A DNA stretch of 64,000 nt. Origin: an uncultured Alphaproteobacteria bacterium. GTDB taxonomy: Bacteria > Pseudomonadota > Alphaproteobacteria > HIMB59 > GCA-002718135. The stretch covers positions 62,531 through 126,530 of the forward strand of contig CACMQS010000003.1 of assembly GCA_902615845.1 (NCBI GenBank), read 5' to 3'. The notes under the pieces were generated by a model. That model worked only from the letters and a program-made list of their open reading frames with translations. It searched no databases and had not been told where the DNA came from. The translations under genes were made by a program, and so were the position numbers. The stretch's first letter is position 1; every line of letters starts with the position of its first letter. Below, one piece after another: positions 10,268 to 20,377 of this stretch.

Positions 10268-11800
10268 TTAAAGTTCTTGATACTTTTCAGCACCGTAATT
10301 TGAGTATACATCCCAGTTAGGGAAGACCCAATCATCACGAGTTACATTAGCACCGTCTGCTCTTGCCTCTTCAACAGCTTTATCAAGAGCATCTTCATAC
10401 CTTTGATTACAATCTTTAAGCTGTGCTTCCACACCTTTAAGTTGTCCAGTATACAACCCTTGAATAACTAGAGCCAAAGAAGGATCTGGTACTCTAGACT
10501 TTGCAGCTACAATACCAACATCTTTATTTCTTACAATTGGATTAGGTCCAACAAGTATGTTTTCAGCAAACATAGATAAAGCTTGTGCTGATGGTCCGGT
10601 TAAACCAGCTTTAGCAACTGCATCTGGATTAACAGCTGGATCTGCGGCACCAACAGTTTGTGCCCAGTAAATTTGACCTTGCTCAGTTCCCATAAATCTA
10701 ATCAGGTCACCGGCAAATGGTCCCATCGTACTATTAGCACTTAACCAAAATGTATTCGATCCACCTTCTGCAATGTAAAGTGGTTGTGCTTCTTTTCCAT
10801 CTGGAACTGGTTCACTTGCAATACCATATTTCCAATCTGGAGCATCTCTTCCCCAAACTCCAATACACCAAGGACCCTGGAATATCATTCCTGCTGCACC
10901 TTGTGGCATCAAAGCTCTAGCTTGAGGAGCATTCATACTCATAACTCCTGGGAAAGCGCTACCATCTGATTTTAATTGAAGAAGTAATTCAACTGCTTCC
11001 ATATATTGATCAGATGCAATTTGGAATTTACCATTTTGGAAGTTAATATGTCTATTTGTAAAACCACCTCTTCCACTATGTGCTCCACCTACTTGACCAA
11101 ATGTATGGACAACATCTTCCCATCGATTAACTTGGTTTCCACCAATGATCCAACCATAATACTGACCATTACCATTTTTAGTAATTTTTTTAGCAGCATC
11201 TCTGATTTCAGAATATGTCATACGACCAGCTTGAGGATCATAACCAGCTTCACTCATATATTTTTCACTATACAGAAGACAAGTTCCCGTTCTCTTATTT
11301 GCTGTTAAACATGTTCCATAGGTCTTTCCATTGAATTGGTTGACACCAGGAAGATAAACACCACTAGGAAACGCACCTAACCATTCCTCGATGTTTTCAA
11401 TGTAGTCATCCCATGGTTGCACCCAACCTTCAGATACTGCAACACCCGGATCCATTCCTATCGGTAATTGGAATACATCATGAACAGTTCCATTTCTTAT
11501 AGCAATTGGAACAATTTTATTTATTTCTTTCCATGGCAAACCATCATATTCAATAGTGATACCTCTTGAAGCTGCATATTCTGGAAATAATTTTTTCCAA
11601 AAGACACCTTTCATGTCACCACTATCAATCCATCGCATATTACCACCAGTTGTTGGTAATGGTTTTAGTGGATCAGGAATATTAAATTCTCCAGCAAATA
11701 GTTTTGAAGGTATAGATCCTGCTGACATCATTGCACCCGCAGCAAGAGCTCCTTTCATAACTGTACGTCTAGAGATTTTTAATTCTTTTTTCTTCTTCAT
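10268..11800 (-). CDS. Tat-exported carbohydrate ABC solute-binding protein
   Basis: SRRTVMKG twin-arginine motif plus hydrophobic stretch; SBP_bac_1-like GAAGMIFQGPW; upstream of two permeases; GGAGG SD. Confidence 0.85.
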   Translation of the reverse strand: MKKKKELKISRRTVMKGALAAGAMMSAGSIPSKLFAGEFNIPDPLKPLPTTGGNMRWIDSGDMKGVFWKKLFPEYAASRGITIEYDGLPWKEINKIVPIAIRNGTVHDVFQLPIGMDPGVAVSEGWVQPWDDYIENIEEWLGAFPSGVYLPGVNQFNGKTYGTCLTANKRTGTCLLYSEKYMSEAGYDPQAGRMTYSEIRDAAKKITKNGNGQYYGWIIGGNQVNRWEDVVHTFGQVGGAHSGRGGFTNRHINFQNGKFQIASDQYMEAVELLLQLKSDGSAFPGVMSMNAPQARALMPQGAAGMIFQGPWCIGVWGRDAPDWKYGIASEPVPDGKEAQPLYIAEGGSNTFWLSANSTMGPFAGDLIRFMGTEQGQIYWAQTVGAADPAVNPDAVAKAGLTGPSAQALSMFAENILVGPNPIVRNKDVGIVAAKSRVPDPSLALVIQGLYTGQLKGVEAQLKDCNQRYEDALDKAVEEARADGANVTRDDWVFPNWDVYSNYGAEKYQEL

Positions 11801-11893
11801 TAATTCCTCCCTATTTGCATTTTATTTTACGTGAATTAAGCAAAATAACAATTGAAAATAAATTTAAAATTGTGTTAATATTTATTAGTTTTT

Positions 11894-12319
11894 ATGAAAT
11901 ATTTACACACAATGGTGAGGGTTGAGAACATTGATACTTCTCTAGATTTTTACTGTAACAAACTTGGATTAAAAGAGGTGCGACGAGTTGACAATGAAAA
12001 AGGTCGTTTCACCCTAATATTTTTAGCCGCTGAAAATAGTGATGAAAGAACAGGTCTTCTTGAATTAACCTATAATTGGGATCCGGAAAAATATTCTGGT
12101 GGAAGAAACTTTGGTCATCTAGCTTACAGTGTTAACAATATTTATGAAGTATGTGAAAAATTAATGAACAACGGCGTCACAATTAATAGACCACCTCGTG
12201 ATGGACATATGGCTTTTGTTCGCTCTCCCGATGGAATTTCCATTGAGATCTTACAAGAAGGGGAATCTTTACCTGAACAAGAACCATGGAAGTCTATGGA
12301 AAATTCAGGTTCTTGGTAG
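11894..12319 (+). CDS. gloA: Lactoylglutathione lyase (glyoxalase I)
   Basis: YLHTMVRV, LELTYNW, GRNFGHLA, PDGISIE. Confidence 0.88.
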   Translation: MKYLHTMVRVENIDTSLDFYCNKLGLKEVRRVDNEKGRFTLIFLAAENSDERTGLLELTYNWDPEKYSGGRNFGHLAYSVNNIYEVCEKLMNNGVTINRPPRDGHMAFVRSPDGISIEILQEGESLPEQEPWKSMENSGSW

Positions 12320-12320
12320 T

Positions 12321-13304
12321 TTAATTATTTAATTTAACTTTATAATATTTATTTTGATCAGTAGCCAAAGCTATAACAGCTGGCAAAACTTTTTTATAAA
12401 AATCAAAAAGACTTGTAAACGGTTGTGGCAATTCTTTATCAATTTCTTTTCGTAATTTTTTTAAATTATATGAAGGTACCATAGGGAACATATGATGCTC
12501 TAAATGATATTCCATATGCCAATAAAGAAAACTTAATACTGGATTAATTCTAACAGAGTAAGTACTTAAGCGGTGATCTTTTGTGTCGACTTTAGCAGCT
12601 AGATGTTGAGTTACATTTACGGCAAACCAAATTGGCTTCCCAATATAAGTTGGTAAAATAATATAAATTATTGGTAAGAAAGAACCTAAGTAAAAAGAAT
12701 ATGCAATAACTGTCAACCAAATAAAAACATATAATCTTGAGTTCCAAAGAATTTTTTTCTTTTCTTCTTTAGGTGCTGTTATATCAATAACTGGAGTGAA
12801 TTTTCCAAAAGCATGTTTTAGAACTTCAAACTTAATTAATTTATGTGGGTATAATAAATCTGTAAGAGGAATAAAATTTAAAAAAAATGCAAATAATTCT
12901 ATTGGTCTTGAAACTTGTATTTCGTGATCATAGTCATCTTCTGTTTGCATGGTTTTTGAATGATGAAAAGTATGACTCCAGCGCCATCTAAAACCTTCAA
13001 AGTCACACATGAAAGAACTGATGTGGTAAAAAAATTCATTTATCCAACGAGTCTTGAATGCAGTTCGATGAACAGTTTCATGCCAGTTTGCTACACTGAA
13101 CGCGTAAATTGTACCATAAATAAAAAAGAATAGATATGTCCACCACGTACCTAAAGTAATGTATGCTAAATATCCTGAAATAAATAAAGATAAAAAATAA
13201 AAGAAGAAATGGATTAGTCCAGGTAGATCTCTTCTTTTACTTAAGGCTTTTAATTTTTTTCTGTCGACTTCTGGTCTGTACCAATCATCAAGATTAACTT
13301 CCAT
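12321..13304 (-). CDS. Fatty-acid-desaturase-family di-iron membrane oxygenase, MocD-like
   Basis: His boxes WHETVH, HTFHH, YHLEHH; WY-P-V-RK-LK-L-KR-D N-terminus and HRTAFKTRW as recalled for MocD. Confidence 0.8.
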   Translation of the reverse strand: MEVNLDDWYRPEVDRKKLKALSKRRDLPGLIHFFFYFLSLFISGYLAYITLGTWWTYLFFFIYGTIYAFSVANWHETVHRTAFKTRWINEFFYHISSFMCDFEGFRWRWSHTFHHSKTMQTEDDYDHEIQVSRPIELFAFFLNFIPLTDLLYPHKLIKFEVLKHAFGKFTPVIDITAPKEEKKKILWNSRLYVFIWLTVIAYSFYLGSFLPIIYIILPTYIGKPIWFAVNVTQHLAAKVDTKDHRLSTYSVRINPVLSFLYWHMEYHLEHHMFPMVPSYNLKKLRKEIDKELPQPFTSLFDFYKKVLPAVIALATDQNKYYKVKLNN

Positions 13305-13318
13305 GCTTGATAATTAAA

Positions 13319-14254
13319 TTAATTATCCCAACGCTCTAACCATGACCCATCAACTGTGGAGTCAAATTGGTCTTTTTTTGAAGTCCCTCTAAATTTTGTG
13401 TGTTCTTCTTCATAACCTTTAAACCAAGAGTCCCAATCAGCTGTATAGCTTGGGTCCTCTGATTTTCTCATTATGATTGGATCAACCAAACCAGTATGAA
13501 AACCAGCTTCATCTTTTGGATTTTGAAATCTTAGGTCAACACTCCATCTTACATCCTCAGATAAATTTTCAAGTGATCGATGAGGAACTAATTGATGTAA
13601 AAATAAAACTGAACCAGCCTTCATTTCACAAGTAACGACTTTCTCCTGTGGAATATCTTTGTCTTCAATAAATAAATACCAAGAATCTTTTACTGAACCA
13701 TCTTTCTTTTCTAATTTATGATTCAAAACTTTTTCAGGTCTATGTCCCCCAGGAACAACTTGCATGCATCCATTATGTTTATTTACATCTAGAAATGGAA
13801 TCCAAGCAGCAGGCTGAGTAGTTTTTTCTGCTCCATCTTTTAAATAAGCAGAATCTTGGTGCCATGGAACTGTCATCCTAGCTGTCTGAGGTGTTTTAGA
13901 TCTAATATTCCAAACTGGATGACCAGAAATATCTTTGCCAACCCAATTTTCAACCATATCTAAAAGTTTTTTTGATCCCCATAAGTTAGCAAGTGCTGGT
14001 TTTAATTCACCTCTATGATGAATTAAAACTGAAGAACCTTTAAAATCTCTTTCGAGAGCAGCTAGTCTTTTAAAAACATCTTTATCATCATGTTTGTTTG
14101 TAATTTTTCCAGCTTGAAAAGCTTTTTCTGCAAAATCATCTACAATTTCTTCAAATTCATTTAGTATTGGATTTAAATCATCCATACTAAAAACATTTTC
14201 AACGATCGTATAACCTTCTTCGTTATATTGTTTTATTTGCGCATCACTAATCAT
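13319..14254 (-). CDS. Phytanoyl-CoA dioxygenase (PhyH) family Fe(II)/2-oxoglutarate dioxygenase
   Basis: QYNEEGY, PWHQD, WIP, NGCMQVVPGGH, HRS..N....R; start moved to ATG 14254 after GGAGGA. Confidence 0.9.
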   Translation of the reverse strand: MISDAQIKQYNEEGYTIVENVFSMDDLNPILNEFEEIVDDFAEKAFQAGKITNKHDDKDVFKRLAALERDFKGSSVLIHHRGELKPALANLWGSKKLLDMVENWVGKDISGHPVWNIRSKTPQTARMTVPWHQDSAYLKDGAEKTTQPAAWIPFLDVNKHNGCMQVVPGGHRPEKVLNHKLEKKDGSVKDSWYLFIEDKDIPQEKVVTCEMKAGSVLFLHQLVPHRSLENLSEDVRWSVDLRFQNPKDEAGFHTGLVDPIIMRKSEDPSYTADWDSWFKGYEEEHTKFRGTSKKDQFDSTVDGSWLERWDN

Positions 14255-14268
14255 AATTCCTCCCAAAA

Positions 14269-15006
14269 TTATCCATTCACTAATAAATCAGTGAGATGAT
14301 CTATTGTTGTGTCTTTTTTATCCAAATCAGCAATTTTTTCACCTCTTGCCATTACACATAAATGATCAGCAATTGGATACACATGACTCAAGTTGTGAGT
14401 AATAAATATTGATGTCACGCCTTGGCTTTTTAATCCTTCTACAAACCTTAGAACTTTATTTGTTTCTTTTACTGATAAGTGGTTTGTTGGTTCGTCTAAT
14501 ATTAAAACTTTTGATTTAAAATACATTGCCCTTGCAATCACAACACCTTGTCTTTCTCCTCCAGACAATTGGTTAACTGGTGTATCAGGAGATCGAAGAT
14601 GCAGTTCAACATCTGTTAATGCTTTCATAGCATCGTCCTGCATGGTTTTAGTTTTCATTAAACCAAAATTGCCAACATTATATTGAGTTTGTTCACGTCC
14701 AATAAAAATATTTCTTGCAATAGACATTTCAGGGATCAAAGCTGAATACTGATAAATTGTTTCAATACCTAAATTCATGGCTTCTTTTGTAGATTTAAAT
14801 TTAACCTTATTACCTTCAAAATATATATGACCTGAATCAGGTTGATGTGCGCCAGATAAAATTTTAATTAATGTTGATTTACCAGCACCATTGTCTCCAA
14901 TAAGACCAACAACAGAGTCTTTTTTTATCTTTAAGCTTAAATCTTTTAAAGCATGAACTCCTGAATAGTATTTGTTTAGACCCTCACAAACTATTATATC
15001 TTCCAT
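14269..15006 (-). CDS. Monosaccharide/polyol ABC transporter ATP-binding protein (single domain)
   Basis: GDNGAGKST, LSGGERQ, LILDEPT. Confidence 0.93.
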   Translation of the reverse strand: MEDIIVCEGLNKYYSGVHALKDLSLKIKKDSVVGLIGDNGAGKSTLIKILSGAHQPDSGHIYFEGNKVKFKSTKEAMNLGIETIYQYSALIPEMSIARNIFIGREQTQYNVGNFGLMKTKTMQDDAMKALTDVELHLRSPDTPVNQLSGGERQGVVIARAMYFKSKVLILDEPTNHLSVKETNKVLRFVEGLKSQGVTSIFITHNLSHVYPIADHLCVMARGEKIADLDKKDTTIDHLTDLLVNG

Positions 15007-15008
15007 CT

Positions 15009-15989
15009 TTAATCCTTTGCCTTGTTTTGACCAATTCGTGTCGCTCTTCTACTTATATAAGTATTAAACACTACGGCTATGATAATTAAAGAGCCTAAAC
15101 CAGCTCTAAACCATTCAGCATCTATTCTAGCCATAATGATTCCACTTTCTAAAAACCTGATTAGTATTGCGCCAATAACGGCACCAAAAACTGTTCCTAT
15201 ACCTCCAAATAAACTGACACCACCAATAACTGCTGCAGCAATTGACTCTAGTTCTAATAAGTATCCTTGAGATGGTAATGGTGCTTCCAATCTAAATGTT
15301 TGAATCATTCCTGCAAAGCCAGCTAAAAAACCACATAAGATGAAACAAAACATTTTAACGTTTCCAGTCTTTATTCCCATTGATGATGCTGCGTTTTGAT
15401 CTCCGCCAGTTGCATAGATCCAGTTACCAACATTACTTCTGTGAAGCATAACACCCAAAACTACGGCAACTAAAAGAGCCCAGTACAAGGAAGCTCTAAA
15501 TAACTCAAATTGATAAACGAATAACTCATTTGGTAAAATATGAGGAAATGGTGGTGGAAATCCTGCAGTAGCTACAGTTGTAAGACTTCTAGCAATGTAG
15601 AGCATTCCAAGAGTTGCGATGAAAGAAGGGATTCCAAATCTTAAGGTAATAAATCCATTAACAAAACCAACAATAATACCAATCATTAATCCTAGAAAAA
15701 TAGCAAACCAAGGTGGTATCCCTTGATGCACCATTTGTACAATAGTCATCGGGACTAATGCAAAAACAGAGCCTACAGATAAATCAAATTCACCTGAGAT
15801 CATTAATATTGCAATCCCAATAGCAACAATAATATATTCGGGTGTAATACCCATAACTATTCTTATATTTCTTGCATCTAAAAATCTTTCATTAGCAATA
15901 TAAAATCCAATCATTATTGCTAGAAACATTAAGAAGGTTGCTACTTCTGGTCTTACTAATAAACTTCTAAGACTAAAATTTTTACTCAT
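15009..15989 (-). CDS. Monosaccharide/polyol ABC permease (RbsC family)
   Basis: GEFDLSVGS, IPSFIATLG, IAAAVIGGVSLFGG. Confidence 0.93.
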   Translation of the reverse strand: MSKNFSLRSLLVRPEVATFLMFLAIMIGFYIANERFLDARNIRIVMGITPEYIIVAIGIAILMISGEFDLSVGSVFALVPMTIVQMVHQGIPPWFAIFLGLMIGIIVGFVNGFITLRFGIPSFIATLGMLYIARSLTTVATAGFPPPFPHILPNELFVYQFELFRASLYWALLVAVVLGVMLHRSNVGNWIYATGGDQNAASSMGIKTGNVKMFCFILCGFLAGFAGMIQTFRLEAPLPSQGYLLELESIAAAVIGGVSLFGGIGTVFGAVIGAILIRFLESGIIMARIDAEWFRAGLGSLIIIAVVFNTYISRRATRIGQNKAKD

Positions 15990-16002
15990 ATTTTTTTTTA
16001 AT

Positions 16003-16034
16003 AAAAAACCAGGCTCTATTTAAAGAGCCTGGTT
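16003..16034 (-). terminator. Terminator/stability hairpin after SBP gene
   Basis: AACCAGGCTCT-N6-AGAGCCTGGTT, with A-run giving a minus-strand U-tract. Confidence 0.75.
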
Positions 16035-16041
16035 AAGATAT

Positions 16042-17007
16042 TTATCTAACTGACATTCCTTTGAATGATCTGATTGTTTCAACATCATCAGGACCAATCA
16101 TAGCTTTACCAGTGTTGATGTCTAGTGCACTTAAACCATACTTGTTCATTAAGTATAATTGGTGAACTGACATGTAACCTTGGTAGTATGGTTGTTGGTC
16201 AACTGTTAGTTGAACATAACCTTTGTCCATTTCTTCGAAAACTACGTCAACTAAGTCAAAACCAGCAAGAAGTATTTCTCCAGGTCCATAACCTAAGTTT
16301 CTTACCGCTTGAGCTGCACCAGCTTCCCAGAAACCTACATCAAGATATGCAGTTGTATTTGGGTTAGCTTGTACATAAGCAGCAACTCTGTTTCCAACAG
16401 TTGAAAGATCTAAACCTGACTCGATTTTCTCGTATGTTACATTTCTGTCAGGGTTAGCTGCTTTGTAATCTTCCATGAAACGTGCAATACCGTTTCCTCT
16501 AGTGTATGCCCATGATTGGTTCATGTCTGCAACACCGATTAAGACGTGAATATCTCCATCAGGAAACATTTCAGAAAGATTAGCTGTTAATTCATAACCA
16601 GCTGCTTCTAAGTCTTGTCCAACATATGCTAGTCTGTTACTACCAGCAGCACCTTCTGGATCATCAGTATTAGCTGTAATTACTGGAATACCAGCAGCTA
16701 ATGCTTCATCAACTGCAGCATCAAAGATAGTTGGGTTAGTAATTGTAGTTACGATACCATCAACACCTTGAGCAATTGAAGATTCTAAGTTTTGTAATTG
16801 CTCTTGTTGGTCTCCATCACCTGAAAGAGTTAACATTTGGCAATCAGCATTAATTTGTGCACAAGCATCTTTAAAACCTTTGTGAACAGCTGCCCAGAAA
16901 GCGTTGTTCGTATCACTGTGCATAACGAAGTTAAATTTGTATTCTGCTTTCGCTGAAGTAGCAAATAGAGCTACAGAAGCAAGAATAATTGAAGCAATTT
17001 TTTTCAT
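16042..17007 (-). CDS. Monosaccharide/polyol ABC substrate-binding protein (RbsB/Peripla_BP_4 family)
   Basis: Signal peptide (AKA), NAFW, GVDGI, GIPVIT, AGFD, VDQQPYYQGY. Confidence 0.92.
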   Translation of the reverse strand: MKKIASIILASVALFATSAKAEYKFNFVMHSDTNNAFWAAVHKGFKDACAQINADCQMLTLSGDGDQQEQLQNLESSIAQGVDGIVTTITNPTIFDAAVDEALAAGIPVITANTDDPEGAAGSNRLAYVGQDLEAAGYELTANLSEMFPDGDIHVLIGVADMNQSWAYTRGNGIARFMEDYKAANPDRNVTYEKIESGLDLSTVGNRVAAYVQANPNTTAYLDVGFWEAGAAQAVRNLGYGPGEILLAGFDLVDVVFEEMDKGYVQLTVDQQPYYQGYMSVHQLYLMNKYGLSALDINTGKAMIGPDDVETIRSFKGMSVR

Positions 17008-17010
17008 GCA

Positions 17011-17066
17011 TTCCTCCTATAAATAATATTTCCCTAACAAGAATAGGTATGTAAAACAAGGAGAAA
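17011..17066 (-). promoter_or_regulatory. Putative anti-SD/SD pairing in SBP 5'-UTR
   Basis: Minus strand UUUCUCCU (17066-17059) can pair with AGGAGGAA (17018-17011); same anti-SD word as at 249-256. Confidence 0.35.
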
Positions 17067-17119
17067 TATACTTAATTTGAATGTAAAATTATCGCACTGA
17101 ATAGTAAAATTTAAATTTT

Positions 17120-18271
17120 CTATACTTTTTTTAAGATCTGTCTAACAAAATCATCATGCATTGGTTCAGGCTTCACACACGAAGAACGGAGCTCCACTTC
17201 GACTTTATAAATTGATGAAATCATCGCACATTCAATAACATCTAAGACGTGAAGAGCAAGCTCTCCATTACATCTATGCATTCTATTATTTTCGATGGCA
17301 TCAATCATTTCAGCAAGACCAATACCCCTGTAGTTTGCTTGTTCTGGTGCCTCATTACTTCTTCCGCTATGATTAACTATATTTGTTTTTCCAAGGGGTT
17401 TATCTTCCACACTTATATCTCTCCATTCAGATCCAAACTCACCAGATATGGATACTGGACCACCAAACATATTTGGGTCTGGCACTACTATTGAACCTTT
17501 CGTTCCATAAAGCTCCATATGATTACGTTTATGATTTAAAACATCAAATGAAATGAACCCTTGAATGACAGCTTTATTTTGAAATTCAATATTAAACATA
17601 TAAGAAGTTGGAATTTCAACATTAAAAGTTTGCCCTTTTTTTGGGCCAGCTTTGTATTCTCTTTTATCAGAAAATTTAGCTCCTCTTCCTCTTATGTTTT
17701 TTACGGGACCTAGAAGATTAACAAGTGTGGTGAAAAAATATGGACCCATGTCTATTACAGGTCCTCCTCCTTCTTGAAACCAAGACTCAGGACTTGGATG
17801 AAAATCTTGAACACCTGGAAAAGCAAATATAAAATTACCAGTTAGAACTTGTCCAATATCATTGTTGTCAATTAAATTTCGTGTAAGTTGCCCTCCTCCT
17901 CCTAAAAAAGTATCGGGTGCATTCCCAATGTATAGACTATTTTTTTTTGCTAAATTTAATAATTCTTTTGCCTCATCAAACTTAACGCTCATTGGTTTTT
18001 CACAATAAACATGTTTATTTGACTCAAGAGCTCTTTTAGATATTTCATAGTGCGCTTGAGGAATTGTGAGATTAAGAATAATATCTATATTCTTGTCATT
18101 AAGTATTTCATTAACTGATAAAGGAATAATATTATATTGATCAGCTGTTCTTTTTACGGCATCTAAATTAATATCAGCACAAGCAACAAAATTTATATTG
18201 TTAAAATATTCCTGAGCCCGGAAATAAGTCTCTGCAATATTACCACAACCAATTAGACCAATATTTTTCAT
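17120..18271 (-). CDS. Gfo/Idh/MocA family oxidoreductase
   Basis: GLIGCGNIA, HVYCEKP, GGGPVIDMGPY. Confidence 0.92.
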   Translation of the reverse strand: MKNIGLIGCGNIAETYFRAQEYFNNINFVACADINLDAVKRTADQYNIIPLSVNEILNDKNIDIILNLTIPQAHYEISKRALESNKHVYCEKPMSVKFDEAKELLNLAKKNSLYIGNAPDTFLGGGGQLTRNLIDNNDIGQVLTGNFIFAFPGVQDFHPSPESWFQEGGGPVIDMGPYFFTTLVNLLGPVKNIRGRGAKFSDKREYKAGPKKGQTFNVEIPTSYMFNIEFQNKAVIQGFISFDVLNHKRNHMELYGTKGSIVVPDPNMFGGPVSISGEFGSEWRDISVEDKPLGKTNIVNHSGRSNEAPEQANYRGIGLAEMIDAIENNRMHRCNGELALHVLDVIECAMISSIYKVEVELRSSCVKPEPMHDDFVRQILKKV

Positions 18272-18310
18272 AACTTGTTTCTATAAATCAATTGTAAAAA
18301 ATGGAATAGT

Positions 18311-18343
18311 AAAAAAAAAGGCCGTAAAAAATTACGGCCCTTT
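18311..18343 (-). terminator. Intrinsic terminator after SBP gene
   Basis: GGCCGTAA-AAAA-TTACGGCC with A9 run (U9 on minus strand). Confidence 0.85.
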
Positions 18344-18363
18344 AAAAATAACTTTGCTAAGAC

Positions 18364-19281
18364 TTACATAAAGTCTGCAGCGTTTTCTTTAGTAACTAAT
18401 ACAGTTCCAGTATCAATGTTATCTGGAATGCTTTCACCATTAGCTAATTTAAGTGCGTTTTCTACACCCATGTATCCCATGTTGTATGAGAATTGAGCAA
18501 TAGTTGCTGACATTTCGCCAGCCATTACACTTGCAGCAGCATCAGGGTTAGCATCAAATCCAACAACGACAACATCATCTAGCATATCAGCATTTTTTAA
18601 TGCTTGGATAGCCCCTAGACCCATATTGTCATTAGAAGCAAAAATTGCTTTTAGATTTGGGTTACCAGTTAAAATGTCTTCAGTTACTGACATACCTTGT
18701 GCAGTATCCCAGTTAGCTGGAAGTTCAGCAACAATGTTCATACCACATGCTTCAAGACCTTTGTGAGATCCTTCTGCTCTGTGTTGACCAGTAGTTTGCG
18801 TAATCATTCCTTGAAGAATTGCAACATCAGAACCACTTGGAACATTATCACAAATGTATTGAGCAGCTAAAGCAGCACCATTGATATTGTTTGTACCAAT
18901 GAAAGTTACACCTTCATTAATTCCATTAGTATCAATATATACAACTGGAACACCTGAAGCCATTGCATCATCAAGAATTGGTGCAACTGCGTTCGGGTCA
19001 GTTGGTGCGATTGCAATACCATCAACACCTTTAGCAATTTGGTCTTCAATTTGAGCTACCTGAGCCATAACATCACTCTCTTGTGGTGGTGAAAGGATAA
19101 TTAGGTTTACACCTAGTTCTTCAGCAGCGTCTTTTGCACCAGCTTCAACTGAAGCCCAAAAAGGGTTTCCAGCACCTGGTCCTTTAGTACTAAGCATTAT
19201 TGTTTTTGCGTGTGAGCCTGCAAGAAGACTCCCTGAAAAAAACAATAAAGAAGTAGTAATTATAGAAATAAAAAATTTCAT
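18364..19281 (-). CDS. Ribose/inositol-type ABC substrate-binding protein (RbsB family)
   Basis: Signal peptide, NPFW, GVDGIAIAP, IFASNDNMGLGA, VVGFD. Confidence 0.92.
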   Translation of the reverse strand: MKFFISIITTSLLFFSGSLLAGSHAKTIMLSTKGPGAGNPFWASVEAGAKDAAEELGVNLIILSPPQESDVMAQVAQIEDQIAKGVDGIAIAPTDPNAVAPILDDAMASGVPVVYIDTNGINEGVTFIGTNNINGAALAAQYICDNVPSGSDVAILQGMITQTTGQHRAEGSHKGLEACGMNIVAELPANWDTAQGMSVTEDILTGNPNLKAIFASNDNMGLGAIQALKNADMLDDVVVVGFDANPDAAASVMAGEMSATIAQFSYNMGYMGVENALKLANGESIPDNIDTGTVLVTKENAADFM

Positions 19282-19369
19282 TTTTCCTCCTAAATTTTTT
19301 TCTAACCATTAATGAAAAATGAAATTCTAATCAAGTGACTGTTTGTCAGAAAGTGATTATTTTTTGATA

Positions 19370-20377
19370 TTATGTTCTGGTTGCAAGTTGTCTTCTTAGA
19401 ACATCAATATAAACGGCCAAAATAATAATTGACCCAATAAGAACTTGTTGCCAGAAAACACTGACATTCATTAAATTTAGACCATTTCGCAGTATACCCA
19501 TAATCATGACTCCAGCAAATACGCCTAAAACGGTTCCTCTGCCTCCAAAGAAGCTAGCTCCCCCAATGATCACAGCTGCGATAGCATCTAATTCAGATTG
19601 TAATCCAGCATTTGGGTAAGCAGAATTCGTTCTTCCAGCTAAAATTAAACCTCCAATGCCCGCCAAGAAACCACACAAGGTGTAAACAACGATCAAAATT
19701 CGATCTACGTTAATACCTGCTGCCCTTGCTGCTCCAGGGTTGCCACCAATCGCATAAATCCATTTACCTATTCTTGTATGATTTAGAAATATCCAAAAGA
19801 TAAAAAATATTACAATCATTAAAATTAAACTTGTGGGAATATACTCTCTTGCGCCTTCTCCAAAAATTACATCGAGTTTAATTTTACCATTTCCTATAAC
19901 TCTTATTTGTTCAGCAAAACCTGTTATTGGAACACCTCCGGATATAAGATTTCCAATACCCCTAAATATATAAAGCGTCCCTAGTGTCATTATGAATGGG
20001 TGAGGCATTCGAAGTAAGGTAATTCCAATACCATTAAACATACCACACAAAAACCCAATTGCTGGCGCAACTAACATGACAACGTACCAAGGCATTCCTG
20101 CTTTTGAAGCAATAGCAAGTCCCATTAATGATAACATAATAATTGAACCGACTGATAAATCTATTCCTGCAGTAACTATGACCATAAAGACACCAAGTGC
20201 TAACATGGACTGCCAAGACACTTGTTTAAAAATATTTGTTACATTTCTCCAAGATAAAAACACATCAGGTTGTAACAAATGCAAAACAGCAATCATTATC
20301 AGGATAAGTAATAAGATTCCATATCTTTCAAAAAAAGGAATAAGTCGGACAAATAAAGATTCTTGATTCTTATCCAT
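19370..20377 (-). CDS. Monosaccharide ABC permease (RbsC family)
   Basis: GIDLSVGS, PFIMTLG, ELDAIAAVIIGG; start moved to ATG 20377 (TAATG overlap). Confidence 0.92.
   Translation of the reverse strand: MDKNQESLFVRLIPFFERYGILLLILIMIAVLHLLQPDVFLSWRNVTNIFKQVSWQSMLALGVFMVIVTAGIDLSVGSIIMLSLMGLAIASKAGMPWYVVMLVAPAIGFLCGMFNGIGITLLRMPHPFIMTLGTLYIFRGIGNLISGGVPITGFAEQIRVIGNGKIKLDVIFGEGAREYIPTSLILMIVIFFIFWIFLNHTRIGKWIYAIGGNPGAARAAGINVDRILIVVYTLCGFLAGIGGLILAGRTNSAYPNAGLQSELDAIAAVIIGGASFFGGRGTVLGVFAGVMIMGILRNGLNLMNVSVFWQQVLIGSIIILAVYIDVLRRQLATRT

Noticed and set aside
11894..12319. gloA as a dedicated part of the sugar pathway
   Set aside because: Ordinary glyoxalase I; a detoxification link is plausible but nothing in the sequence supports it
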